From: Candidatus Methylomirabilis oxygeniifera
Lineage (GTDB): Bacteria; Methylomirabilota; Methylomirabilia; Methylomirabilales; Methylomirabilaceae
Direction of reading: 5' to 3'
DNA: 32,000 nucleotides
Assembly (NCBI GenBank): GCA_000091165.1
Contig: FP565575.1
Location: forward strand, 1,020,001-1,052,000
Shown: positions 1 to 8,673 of the stretch, piece by piece
Layout of the letters: each line of letters opens with the position of its first letter
How positions within the stretch are numbered: position 1 is the first letter of the stretch
Notes under the pieces: model-generated
What the model was told of the DNA's origin: nothing
The model's database searches: none
The model's input: only the letters and a program-made list of their open reading frames with translations
Program-made: the position numbers and the translations under genes

Positions 1-200
1 TCAACAAGATGGATCGCTTGACGGGCGGGATTGGGCAATCTTTCATCGGCGGCAAGACGATAGTGCCGCGAGTGGCGATATCCGCCCTCACAGGGTATGG
101 CCTCGATCGGCTACTGCAGACGGTGCGTGAGTCGCTTGCCCCTACCGCTTCGCAGGCGAGAGGATACGACCGGTTACCCTATCCCGCCGCTCACGCCTAA
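1..200 (+). CDS. C-terminal fragment of a P-loop GTPase, probably HflX (5' truncated by window edge)
   Basis: Open frame from the window start reads NKMDRL...VPRVAISALTGYGLDRLLQTVRESL. This resembles the G4 NKxD and G5 SA motifs of TRAFAC GTPases, with HflX-like wording. Stop TAA at 198-200. Confidence 0.5.
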   Translation, partial: NKMDRLTGGIGQSFIGGKTIVPRVAISALTGYGLDRLLQTVRESLAPTASQARGYDRLPYPAAHA

Positions 201-237
201 GGTTGATCACCCCTTTCCGCCGGTCGGAGCCCTGTTG

Positions 238-768
238 ATGCTGAACCTTGCCAATAGCCTCACAATTCTCAGGATCTTTATGACCCCCGTCATCTCGATC
301 CTGTTAGTCTATCAGTTTTGGAGGCTTGGCCTGGCAACCTTTCTACTGGCAGGAGTCACCGACGCCCTTGACGGATTCATCGCGCGTTCGAGGGCCCAGC
401 GAACAGAGCTGGGGATGATCCTGGACCCGCTGGCCGACAAGCTGTTACTCTCTGCGACCTTCGTGACGCTGGTCTACCTGCGTCAGATTCCGCAGTGGCT
501 GTTCATCATCATCGTCAGCCGCGACCTGATATTGATCGGCGGTTTCTTGATTGTGTATCTGGTGACCGGTCAGACCACGGTGTCTGTCTCACGGATGGGG
601 AAGCTCACGACAGGCCTGCAGGTTCTGACCGTGCTGGCGACGCTCATCGCGCGCGTCAACGGCGGGATCGGCCCCTATGTGCCGTGGATCATCTATCTTG
701 CCGCAGCGGTAACGGTTGTTTCAGGGCTCGATTACGTTCGTCAAGGCGTACGGGCGCTGAGCCGGTAA
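238..768 (+). CDS. pgsA: CDP-diacylglycerol--glycerol-3-phosphate 3-phosphatidyltransferase
   Basis: MLNLANSLTILRIFMTPVISILLV... contains the CDP-alcohol phosphotransferase signature DALDGFIARSRAQRTELGMILDPLADK (DG..AR...G..LDP.AD). ATG 238 is preferred over the upstream ORF start at 97. Confidence 0.93.
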   Translation: MLNLANSLTILRIFMTPVISILLVYQFWRLGLATFLLAGVTDALDGFIARSRAQRTELGMILDPLADKLLLSATFVTLVYLRQIPQWLFIIIVSRDLILIGGFLIVYLVTGQTTVSVSRMGKLTTGLQVLTVLATLIARVNGGIGPYVPWIIYLAAAVTVVSGLDYVRQGVRALSR

Positions 769-831
769 AATGTACTGGTGTAGGCGTCGTGATAGTGGCC
801 CAGGATGTTACACAGGCGTAGGAGTTCCGCA

Positions 832-2784
832 ATGACTCACCCATCCCAGGTTGCCTGGAGACCGGACCGGCAGATCATTGCACAGGCCAACATCACCCGA
901 TTCATGGGGGAGTACGGCATCGCCTCATATGAAGAGCTGATCCGCAAGTCCACCACGGAGACCGAGTGGTTCTGGGATGCGCTACCGCGTGCCCTCGATA
1001 TTGAATGGTTTACCCCCTATACCCGGGTGATGGACACCGCGCCGGGGATTCCGTGGACAGAGTGGTACGTGGGCGGGACGCTCAACATTGCTCACAACTG
1101 CCTCGACCGCCACGCCTCAGGGCCCACGGCCGACAGGCTGGCCCTCATCGCCGAGACCGAGGACGGCGGGCTTACCCATTGGACTTATGGCGACTTAGCG
1201 CAGCGCGTCAATCGGATCGCCTCAGCCATGCGGGGCCTGGGAATCAAGCGGGGGGAGACGGTCGGGATCTATATGCCCATGATCGCCGACGTCGTGACCG
1301 TCCTGCTGGCGTGCCTGAAGATCGGAGCCGTTGCCATTCCCATCTTCTCCGGCTTCGCGCCGCGAGCCGTCGCGGAGAGGCTGCGGGACGGCGGCGCCCG
1401 CCTGCTGTTTACCGCCGACTACGCGTTCCGACGGGGAAGGCGCGTCGAGCTGAAAGCCGCTGCCGATGAGGCCGCTGCCCTGACGCCATCCGTCGAGCGT
1501 CTGGTTGTGTGGCGTCGCTCGGACGAGCCGATCCCGTGGAGAATCGAGCGGGATCTGACCTGGGAGGAGTTTCTGGCCTCGGGTGCGCCAAGTTGTGAGA
1601 CGGAGGCGATGGCATCGATGGAGCCGGCGATGCTTCTGTACACCTCTGGGACAACCGGACATCCGAAAGGGACGGTCCACTCTCACGCCGGCGCCCTCAT
1701 CCAGATTGCCAAGGAGATCAGGTATCACTTTGACCTCAAGACCGCCGACCGCTTCTTCTGGCTTACCGATATCGGCTGGATGATGGGACCCTGGATGATC
1801 ATCGGTTGTCTGTACCATGGCGGAACCGTGGTACTCTATGAGGGAGCACCGGAATACCCGACACCGGACCGCCTGTGGCAGCTCGTGGACCGTCATCAAA
1901 TTACGATTCTCGGCATTTCTCCTACCGTCATCCGTATGCTCATGCGGGAGGGTGTCGACTGGGTCAGGCGCGATGCACTCTCTTCGCTGCGCATTCTTGG
2001 CTCCACCGGTGAGCCGTGGGATCCTGACTCGTGGTGGTGGTACTTTGAACAGATCGGCCAACGTCGCTGTCCGGTCATCAACATCTCCGGCGGCACAGAC
2101 ATCATCGGGTGCTTCCTCGCGCCGCTCATTATCAAGGAACTGAAACCATGCTCCCTCCAGGGGCCTGGGCTCGGCATGGCGGTGGAGGTGTGGAACGAGG
2201 CGGGGCAACCCGTCCGGGAGGAGGTCGGCCGTCTGGTGGCCACTAGACCGGCTCCCTCCATGACGCGTGGGTTCTGGAAGGACGCCAATCGATACCTCGA
2301 CACCTACTGGTCCCACTGGCCTGATGTCTGGGACCATGGCGACTGGGCGTATATCGATGCGGATGGCCACTGGTTCCTCCATGGTCGGGCCGACGACACC
2401 ATCAAGGTGGCCGGACGGCGGATCGGTCCCGCCGAGATCGAAGGGGCGCTCATGGAGCATCCTGCAGTCTCCGAAGCCGCTGCCATAGGGGTCCCGGACC
2501 CTATCAAGGGGGAGGCCATCGTGTGCTTCGCGGTGCTTGGTCGGCAGTACGCCCCATCGAACGAGCTCAGCGAAGACCTCAAGCGGGTGGTGGTCTCGCT
2601 TCTTGGGAAGGTTGACCGTCCGGAGCAGGTTCTGTTCGTCCCGGACCTCCCGAAGACCCGGAGCGCCAAGATCATGCGCCGCCTTATTCGGGGCAAGTAT
2701 CTGGGGGCCGGCGACCTTGGCGATCTCTCCTCGTGCCAGAATCCTGAGGCGATTGGAGCGATCCCCAGTCGAGGCCAAGTCTAG
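832..2784 (+). CDS. AMP-forming acetyl/acyl-CoA synthetase family protein
   Basis: P-loop-like motif YTSGTTGHPKG, WTDIGWMMGPW, YWSHWPDVWDHGDWAYIDADG, and the C-terminal catalytic-Lys region LPKTRSAKIMRR. N-terminus resembles AcsA-like enzymes (WTEWYVGGTLNIAHNCLDRH). In-frame ATG at 832 is preferred over 805. Confidence 0.9.
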   Translation: MTHPSQVAWRPDRQIIAQANITRFMGEYGIASYEELIRKSTTETEWFWDALPRALDIEWFTPYTRVMDTAPGIPWTEWYVGGTLNIAHNCLDRHASGPTADRLALIAETEDGGLTHWTYGDLAQRVNRIASAMRGLGIKRGETVGIYMPMIADVVTVLLACLKIGAVAIPIFSGFAPRAVAERLRDGGARLLFTADYAFRRGRRVELKAAADEAAALTPSVERLVVWRRSDEPIPWRIERDLTWEEFLASGAPSCETEAMASMEPAMLLYTSGTTGHPKGTVHSHAGALIQIAKEIRYHFDLKTADRFFWLTDIGWMMGPWMIIGCLYHGGTVVLYEGAPEYPTPDRLWQLVDRHQITILGISPTVIRMLMREGVDWVRRDALSSLRILGSTGEPWDPDSWWWYFEQIGQRRCPVINISGGTDIIGCFLAPLIIKELKPCSLQGPGLGMAVEVWNEAGQPVREEVGRLVATRPAPSMTRGFWKDANRYLDTYWSHWPDVWDHGDWAYIDADGHWFLHGRADDTIKVAGRRIGPAEIEGALMEHPAVSEAAAIGVPDPIKGEAIVCFAVLGRQYAPSNELSEDLKRVVVSLLGKVDRPEQVLFVPDLPKTRSAKIMRRLIRGKYLGAGDLGDLSSCQNPEAIGAIPSRGQV

Positions 2785-2809
2785 TCGTCTTTCAGCGGAG
2801 TTATAGCCG

Positions 2810-4129
2810 ATGTCTCTTCCTATCGTCACAATTGTGGGTCGACCCAATGTTGGGAAATCAACCTTATTCAACCGACTGGTCGGCGGGCGACGGGCGATTG
2901 TGCATGATCAGCCCGGCGTCACCAGGGACCGGCTCTACGCCACAGTCGAATGGAAGGGCCGTGCGTTCACTCTCGGTGATACCGGGGGGCTGGAGCCGGG
3001 TGTTGGAACCGGTCTCGCAGCCCAGGTGCTCGCCCAGGTCCGGCAGGCGGTCCAGGAGTCCGTCCTCGTCATCTTCGTGGTTGATGCCCGAGAGGGACTG
3101 ACGCCATTGGATGAGGAGATCGCCCGGCTACTTCGTCACGACGTCCAGACGCGCATCGTTGTGGCGCCGAATAAGGTCGATCGGCCGACGCACGAGGTGC
3201 TGGCATCCGAATTCTTTCGGATAGGATTTGCTGAGGTCTGTCCGGTTTCTGCCGAGCATGGCCTGGGTGTGGCGGAGCTGTGTGACGTCATTGCCGAGGC
3301 GCTGCCGGTGACAGAGAGTGCGTCCGAATCGAAGGCCATCCGTGTGACGGTCGTCGGTCGCCCGAATGTAGGCAAATCATCGCTGGTGAATGCGCTGCTG
3401 GGTCAGGAGCGTGTGATCGTGAGCGAGCAGGCGGGCACAACGCGGGATGCGATCGATACCCCGTTCACCTATAACGACACCGCGTATATCCTGATCGACA
3501 CCGCAGGGCTCCGCTCCCGCAGTAAGGTCCAACAGCCATTGGAACGGTTCAGTGTGGTGCGGGCGCTCAAGGCTATTGAACGGAGCGATGTGGCCCTGAT
3601 CCTGGTTGACGCCAAAGACGGGATTACCGACCAGGATGCCAAGATTGCCGCGTACGTTCAGGATGTCGGAAGCGGCGCCATCGTGGTGGCGAATAAGTGG
3701 GACCTGATGCCGTCTGGAGCCGACGCCCGGCAACAGTTCACGCTGGAGATCCGCGATCGACTGCGGCACGTGGATTACGCGCCCATCGCATTCGTCTCGG
3801 CCCTGACCGGCTCTGACGTGCCGACATTGTTTCCGCTTGTGCAGAGCGTCGCGCAAGCGCGCGCTCACCGGGTCTCGACTCCCCATCTCAACGAGCTTAT
3901 CGGTGAGGCGGTCCAGAAGTATCCTCCGCCCGCTCACGGCAAGCGCCCCGTTCGATTTCATTACGCCACACAGGCCGCCAGTCTTCCGCCCACCTTTCTG
4001 TTATTCGTCAGCGACCCACGCGCGGTCCGAGTTCCCTACCGCCGCTATCTGGTCAACCAACTCAGAGCCGCCTACGGCTTCGTCGGCACCCCGATCCGCT
4101 TGGTCTTGAAAGGCAAGCGCGGCTCATAG
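2810..4129 (+). CDS. der: Ribosome biogenesis GTPase Der (EngA)
   Basis: Two tandem GTPase domains, each with GRPNVGKS (GRPNVGKSTLFNRLVGG and GRPNVGKSSLVNALLG), DTGG/DTAG, NKVD/NKWD, and a C-terminal KH-like domain. Confidence 0.97.
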   Translation: MSLPIVTIVGRPNVGKSTLFNRLVGGRRAIVHDQPGVTRDRLYATVEWKGRAFTLGDTGGLEPGVGTGLAAQVLAQVRQAVQESVLVIFVVDAREGLTPLDEEIARLLRHDVQTRIVVAPNKVDRPTHEVLASEFFRIGFAEVCPVSAEHGLGVAELCDVIAEALPVTESASESKAIRVTVVGRPNVGKSSLVNALLGQERVIVSEQAGTTRDAIDTPFTYNDTAYILIDTAGLRSRSKVQQPLERFSVVRALKAIERSDVALILVDAKDGITDQDAKIAAYVQDVGSGAIVVANKWDLMPSGADARQQFTLEIRDRLRHVDYAPIAFVSALTGSDVPTLFPLVQSVAQARAHRVSTPHLNELIGEAVQKYPPPAHGKRPVRFHYATQAASLPPTFLLFVSDPRAVRVPYRRYLVNQLRAAYGFVGTPIRLVLKGKRGS

Positions 4130-4190
4130 ATAGCGTGGCTTTCTGCTTGACTTGAAGACAAGGGAAAGATTACGTGTGGCTAACTCGAAG

Positions 4191-4380
4191 GTGTGTTAGC
4201 GCAGCGTAACCCGACGAAGCACATGAGCTACCGACGCAGATTCATTTCAACCCCTCAAATACGGGTTCGTATCATCGACCATAGCGTGGCCGTATTCCAC
4301 CTTTCGCCGGTCTGTTGAGGCGGTGGTGCATGAGTGATGGAGTCGGATTGTCGGGTTATGCGGTGCTAACCCGACCTACG
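4191..4380. repeat. MITE-like inverted-repeat element (imperfect about 21-bp termini)
   Basis: Left end GTTAGCGCAGCGTAACCCGAC (about 4195-4215). Right end GTCGGGTTATGCGGTGCTAAC (4350-4370) is its reverse complement with about 4 mismatches. No coding potential between. Confidence 0.55.
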
Positions 4381-4470
4381 ACGCTGCGATGCTGTTGGGC
4401 GCGAAATAGCGGTGCATGGCAATACGTCGTGAAGGATGTGGTTACGGCAGCAGTATAGGTTTACGTCCAA

Positions 4471-5550
4471 TCAGACGTTGAATCGGATCGTCATGATATC
4501 GCCATCGACCACGCGGTAGTCTTTCCCTTCGAGCCGGAACGACCCCTCGTGCCGTGTGGCCGCCAGCGAGCCGCAGCGGATGAGCGCCTCATAGGCGACG
4601 ACCTCGGCTCGGATGAAACCCTGCGCGAGATCGCTATGGATTGCGCCCGCCGCCTGAAGCGCTGTGGCGCCCAGGGGAATCGTCCAGGCCCGGACCTCAT
4701 CGCTTCCTACCGTAAAGAAGGTCATCACGCCTAACAGGTCATAGCAGGCTTGCCGCAGTCGCGGCGCCGCGGACGCCTCCAGCCCGAGTTCGGTACGGAA
4801 GGTGCCGGCTTCATCCGGAGGCAGGTCCGCCAACTCCAGTTCCAGTTTGGCCGGGACGGCTATCGAGGCGGGCTGGGAGGTACCCAGTGCCGGTATGGCC
4901 TCAAGGATTCCAAGGTCGCCGCCGCCCTCTTCATCGGTATTGACCACTACAAGGCTTGGCTTGGCCGTCAGGAACTGAAAGCCGCGAAGCAGGCGCTCCT
5001 CTTCAGCCGTTAACGACATCCCCCGCAATGGCTGTTCTTCTTGTAGTGCCGTATAACAACGCTTCAGGAGGGCCAATTCCTGCTGACTCTCGCCTTTTTT
5101 TCCCTTTCGAAAGGCCTCTTCGATCCTGGCGATCCGTTTCTCCACCACATCCAGATCGGCCAGGACCAACTCGGCCCACAGCGTCGCCGCATCCTTAGCC
5201 GGATCGACCCGCCCCTCGATGTGGGGGACCCGTTCATCCTTGAAGGCCCGAACGACCATGAGGAGGGCGGTACTCTGCCGCATCTGCGGGAGGAGCTGTG
5301 TGCCGGCGCTCGTGGGCTTACCCGATTCTTTCACCAGCGGGGCGAAGTCAACAAGCTCCACGCTGGCTGGCGTCACCTTTTTTGGCGTGAACATGAGTGC
5401 CAGGCGCTCGAGACGGGGATCGGGGACCTTGACGACAGCGATTGAGGCCTCCCCCAACTGGCCCGCCTGGTGGCTTGGCTGGCCGTGGGTCAGTAGCCCG
5501 TACACGGTGCTCTTGCCGGAGGCCGGCAGTCCAATAATACCGATGCGCAT
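4471..5550 (-). CDS. ychF: YchF/OLA1-family ATPase/GTPase (divergent)
   Basis: MRIGIIGLPASGKSTVYGLLT (P-loop), NxxE-type G4 (VVVNTDEE) typical of YchF, and C-terminal TGS-like domain (VRAWTIPLGATALQAAGAIHSDLAQGFIRAEVVAYE...YRVVDGDIMTIRFNV). ATG at 5550 (cat 5548-5550) preferred over 5583. Confidence 0.85.
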   Translation of the reverse strand: MRIGIIGLPASGKSTVYGLLTHGQPSHQAGQLGEASIAVVKVPDPRLERLALMFTPKKVTPASVELVDFAPLVKESGKPTSAGTQLLPQMRQSTALLMVVRAFKDERVPHIEGRVDPAKDAATLWAELVLADLDVVEKRIARIEEAFRKGKKGESQQELALLKRCYTALQEEQPLRGMSLTAEEERLLRGFQFLTAKPSLVVVNTDEEGGGDLGILEAIPALGTSQPASIAVPAKLELELADLPPDEAGTFRTELGLEASAAPRLRQACYDLLGVMTFFTVGSDEVRAWTIPLGATALQAAGAIHSDLAQGFIRAEVVAYEALIRCGSLAATRHEGSFRLEGKDYRVVDGDIMTIRFNV

Positions 5551-5583
5551 CTGGTTGCTCTCCCGAATCTGCTGAGGGTTCAT

Positions 5584-5605
5584 TCCCCGCGGCTTACCGC
5601 GGGTT
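5584..5605. repeat. Short perfect hairpin CCCGCGG-CTTA-CCGCGGG
   Basis: Readable in cattcCCCGCGGCTTACCGCGGGttcg, directly adjacent to the 90-bp repeat. A related cagcttaccgcggggta lies near 5727-5743. Confidence 0.6.
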
Positions 5606-5695
5606 CGTCATACCGGCGGACCCCGGATCGGAGTCCGGGGCAGGCACCGGTATCCGGAGGACCCGACTGGATTCCGTGTCAAGCACGGAATGACG
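5606..5695. repeat. CGTCAT...ATGACG bounded palindromic intergenic repeat with internal hairpins
   Basis: cgtcataccgg ... ggaatgacg ends, internal stems CCCCGGATCGGAGTCCGGGG and ATTCCGTG-TCAAG-CACGGAAT. Confidence 0.75.
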
Positions 5696-5899
5696 GGCCA
5701 GAGCAGAAGACGATACCTCGCAGCTTACCGCGGGGTAGTTTATTATAGTGTGCCTTGTAACCTGTCTCCGTGAAAACAGGGAGCCGTTCGTGCTGGTGTG
5801 TCACAATAGCACAGGCCCAGGAGCGCGCGCCACCGAAACCGGTCGGCCTCCATGGTTTTGAATTGAAATTTTTACGACCTGTGGTAAGCTCAAGTACCA

Positions 5900-6388
5900 A
5901 TGAAGGCCTACCTGGATATCGAAACCTCATTCGACGGTGCCATCACGGTCGTGGGTCTGTATGCTCCAGACCGTGGCCTGATCCAGTTGATCGGTACACA
6001 GATCAGCGATGTCACAGTCTGGCAGGCGCTGGACGGCGTGGAGACGATCTGTACGTATAACGGCAGCCGCTTCGATCTCCCGGTGATCCGTCGCCGACTG
6101 GGTCTCGACCTGTGCGCGACGATCGAATCCCACGATCTGATGTATACGTGCTGGCGGTATGGCCTGTTCGGCGGGCTGAAACGGGTGGAGGCGCAGCTCA
6201 GTATTCCCCGGCGTTCCAAGGGAATTGATGGTATGGAGGCGATGCGGCTGTGGTCCAGATACGAGGATGGCGGTGACGAGGAGGCGTTGCAGATGCTCCT
6301 CACCTACAACAGGGAGGATGTCATGAACCTCCCGGTTCTCGAAGCGCGGCTCATGGAGTTCGAAGGCACCTATGCGCGTCGCGATTAA
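5900..6388 (+). CDS. Ribonuclease H-like / YprB-type 3'-5' exonuclease domain protein
   Basis: YLDIETSFDG (ExoI DxE), TYNGSRFDLPVI (ExoII NG..FD), YNREDVMNL (ExoIII YNxxDV). Confidence 0.82.
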   Translation: MKAYLDIETSFDGAITVVGLYAPDRGLIQLIGTQISDVTVWQALDGVETICTYNGSRFDLPVIRRRLGLDLCATIESHDLMYTCWRYGLFGGLKRVEAQLSIPRRSKGIDGMEAMRLWSRYEDGGDEEALQMLLTYNREDVMNLPVLEARLMEFEGTYARRD

Positions 6389-7715
6389 GACCTTGGGGTG
6401 TCGGCAAAATCAATGCGAGAGCGATGCCATCCAGGAGTCACTGCGGCGGGATGGGCATACAGCGGTTGGCCCGGACGACGCAGCCGACCTATTCATCATT
6501 AATACCTGTTCCGTTACACAGGAGGCCGACGCCGACTCGCGACAGATGATCCGGCGGGCGGTTCGCCGGAACCCGTCTGCCCGAGTGGTCGTCACCGGCT
6601 GTTATGCCCAGATTGCTGCCGGAGAGATTGCGGCGATCCCCGGTGTGGCCTTGGTGGCAGGTAATGGCGAGAAGGCCCAACTCTCCGAGATGATCTCCGG
6701 CCTGCGCGAGCAGAGTTCGCCGCTTATCGCCGTATCAGATATCCAGCAGTCGACTCGCTTCGCTCCGCTGCCGCCGCCGATCGGCGCGACTCGCAGCCGG
6801 GCGCTCCTCAAGGTCCAGGATGGGTGCAGCTATCGCTGTACCTTCTGTATCGTTCCGGAGACCCGCGGGCCGAATCGAAGCCAGTCGACCGATGCGGTGC
6901 TGCGCGATCTGCGGGTCCTTGTGGACGCCGGGTATCCGGAGGTGGTCCTGACCGGGACGCACCTGGGGACGTATGGGCGCGATCTGTCGACCGGCAGTTC
7001 AATCGCCGGATTGGTGGCGGACATGCTGGAGACGGCGGCGCCCGCGCGGTTGCGCCTGAGTTCACTCGATCCGCACGAGGTCGGCGAGGAATTGATCGGC
7101 TGCTTCGGCCGCTTTGAAAACCTTTGCCGTCATCTGCACCTGCCGGTGCAGAGCGGCGATGAGACGGTCCTCAAGCGCATGCGGCGACCGCACACGGCCG
7201 ACGATTTTCGGCGGCTGGTGGAACGGCTTGCGGAGACGGTACCCGGGATCGCCATCGGGACGGATGTCATTGTCGGGTTTCCAGGTGAAGGGGACGCAGA
7301 ATTTGAGCAGACCTATCGACTGCTTGACCGTCTGCCGATTGCGTATCTGCACGTATTCAATTACTCGCAGCGGAGGGGAACGGTTGCAGCCGTTATGCCG
7401 AATCACGTCCCAAAGGATGTGAGGGCAGCCAGGAGCGCTGCGCTCCGAGCACTGAGCGACGCGAAGTGGCGCGCATTTCGACAGACGCAGGTGGGACAGT
7501 CGTTTGCGGCCGTCGTCCTGGAGGGACGCGATGCGCCGACCGGGCGGCTCGACGCGCTGACCGACAACTATATTACGGTACAAGTCGAGCGTACTGAGGA
7601 GAGCGTCGGCCGCATGGTCGCTCTGAGTATCGAGACGGTGACCGAACGGGAGACCATTGGTCGCCTGCAGAGGCGTTGCGCCAACGACTTCATACCCACG
7701 CCGGAGGACAAATGA
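6372..7715 (+). CDS. mtaB: tRNA t6A37 methylthiotransferase MtaB (radical SAM)
   Basis: N-terminal MTTase motif KTLGCRQNQCESD...INTCSVTQEAD, radical SAM motif CSYRCTFCIVPETRG, GTHLGTYGRD, DVIVGFPGE. Confidence 0.93.
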   Translation: MRVAIKTLGCRQNQCESDAIQESLRRDGHTAVGPDDAADLFIINTCSVTQEADADSRQMIRRAVRRNPSARVVVTGCYAQIAAGEIAAIPGVALVAGNGEKAQLSEMISGLREQSSPLIAVSDIQQSTRFAPLPPPIGATRSRALLKVQDGCSYRCTFCIVPETRGPNRSQSTDAVLRDLRVLVDAGYPEVVLTGTHLGTYGRDLSTGSSIAGLVADMLETAAPARLRLSSLDPHEVGEELIGCFGRFENLCRHLHLPVQSGDETVLKRMRRPHTADDFRRLVERLAETVPGIAIGTDVIVGFPGEGDAEFEQTYRLLDRLPIAYLHVFNYSQRRGTVAAVMPNHVPKDVRAARSAALRALSDAKWRAFRQTQVGQSFAAVVLEGRDAPTGRLDALTDNYITVQVERTEESVGRMVALSIETVTERETIGRLQRRCANDFIPTPEDK

Positions 7716-8578
7716 GCCAGGGCCTGATCGGTATTATCGGCGGAAGCGGGTTGTATGAAATGGAAGGACTCGAGCGGGTCGAGGAGCGGCGCGTCGAGAC
7801 CCCCTTCGGGGCGCCGTCAGATGCCTATATCGTCGGGTCCCTGGCAGGGCGACGAGTGGCGTTTCTCGCGCGGCACGGACGCGGCCATCGCCTGATGCCG
7901 TCCGAGTTGAATTTCAGGGCGAACATCTTCGGGTTCAAGCTCCTGGGCGCGGAGCGGGTAATCTCCGCCTCGGCGGTGGGCAGTATGCGCGAGGATCTCC
8001 CGCCTCTGGATATTGTCATTCCGGATCAGTTCTTTGATCGAACGAAGGGGCGGGTCAGCACCTTCTTCGGGCGTGGCCTCGTCGCGCATGTGAGCTTCGC
8101 CGATCCGACCTGTCCGGTCCTGGGAGAGTTACTGTTCGCCGCCGGGCAGTCGGTGGGGGCCCGAATGCATCTCGGTGGCACGTACCTGTGCATCGAGGGA
8201 CCGCAGTTCTCGACCAGGGCCGAGTCGCGGATCTATCGAAGCTGGGGAGTGGATGTCATCGGGATGACCAATCTGCAAGAGGCGAAGCTCTGCCGCGAGG
8301 CCGAGATCTGCTATGCGACGCTGGCCCTGGTGACCGATTATGATGTCTGGCACGAGACAGAGCAGGATGTGTCGGTGGAGGCGGTGGTGGCGATTTTGAA
8401 GCAAAACGCCGAAACCGCCAAGGCCATCATCAAGGCCACGGTGGCGTCGTTTCCGGCCGACAGGGAAGGCTGCTCGTGTGGGAGCGCGATGCACGATGCG
8501 ATTATCACCGCTCGCGATATAATCACCGCCGACATTCCGGAGCTGCTGCGACCGATTATTGGGAAGTATGTTCAGTAA
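7712..8578 (+). CDS. mtnP: S-methyl-5'-thioadenosine phosphorylase
   Basis: IGIIGGSGLYEMEGL, RHGRGHRLMPSELNFRANI, EGPQFSTRAESRIYRSWGVDVIGMTNLQEAKLCREAEICYATLALVTDYD. ATG overlaps the mtaB TGA (ATGA). Confidence 0.95.
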   Translation: MSQGLIGIIGGSGLYEMEGLERVEERRVETPFGAPSDAYIVGSLAGRRVAFLARHGRGHRLMPSELNFRANIFGFKLLGAERVISASAVGSMREDLPPLDIVIPDQFFDRTKGRVSTFFGRGLVAHVSFADPTCPVLGELLFAAGQSVGARMHLGGTYLCIEGPQFSTRAESRIYRSWGVDVIGMTNLQEAKLCREAEICYATLALVTDYDVWHETEQDVSVEAVVAILKQNAETAKAIIKATVASFPADREGCSCGSAMHDAIITARDIITADIPELLRPIIGKYVQ

Positions 8579-8584
8579 AATGAT

Positions 8585-8660
8585 GTTCAACGTTCAATGT
8601 TCAATGTTTTTCGTCGCTAAGCCCTTAACTTTGAACCTTGAACTTTGTTTACCTTGAACC
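8585..8660. repeat. Inverted heptamer-periodic element (GTTCAAY)n...(TTGAACY)n
   Basis: Left arm gttcaac gttcaat gttcaat (8585-8605), right arm cttaact ttgaacc ttgaact ttgttta ccttgaacc (8624-8660). The arms are near reverse complements. Confidence 0.7.
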
Positions 8661-8673
8661 TTGCGGAGCAGAC

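Noticed and set aside
1222-2871. 549-aa ORF on the minus strand
   Set aside because: Lies antisense to the well-supported acyl-CoA synthetase and has no recognisable domains. High-GC codon bias explains the long antisense frame.
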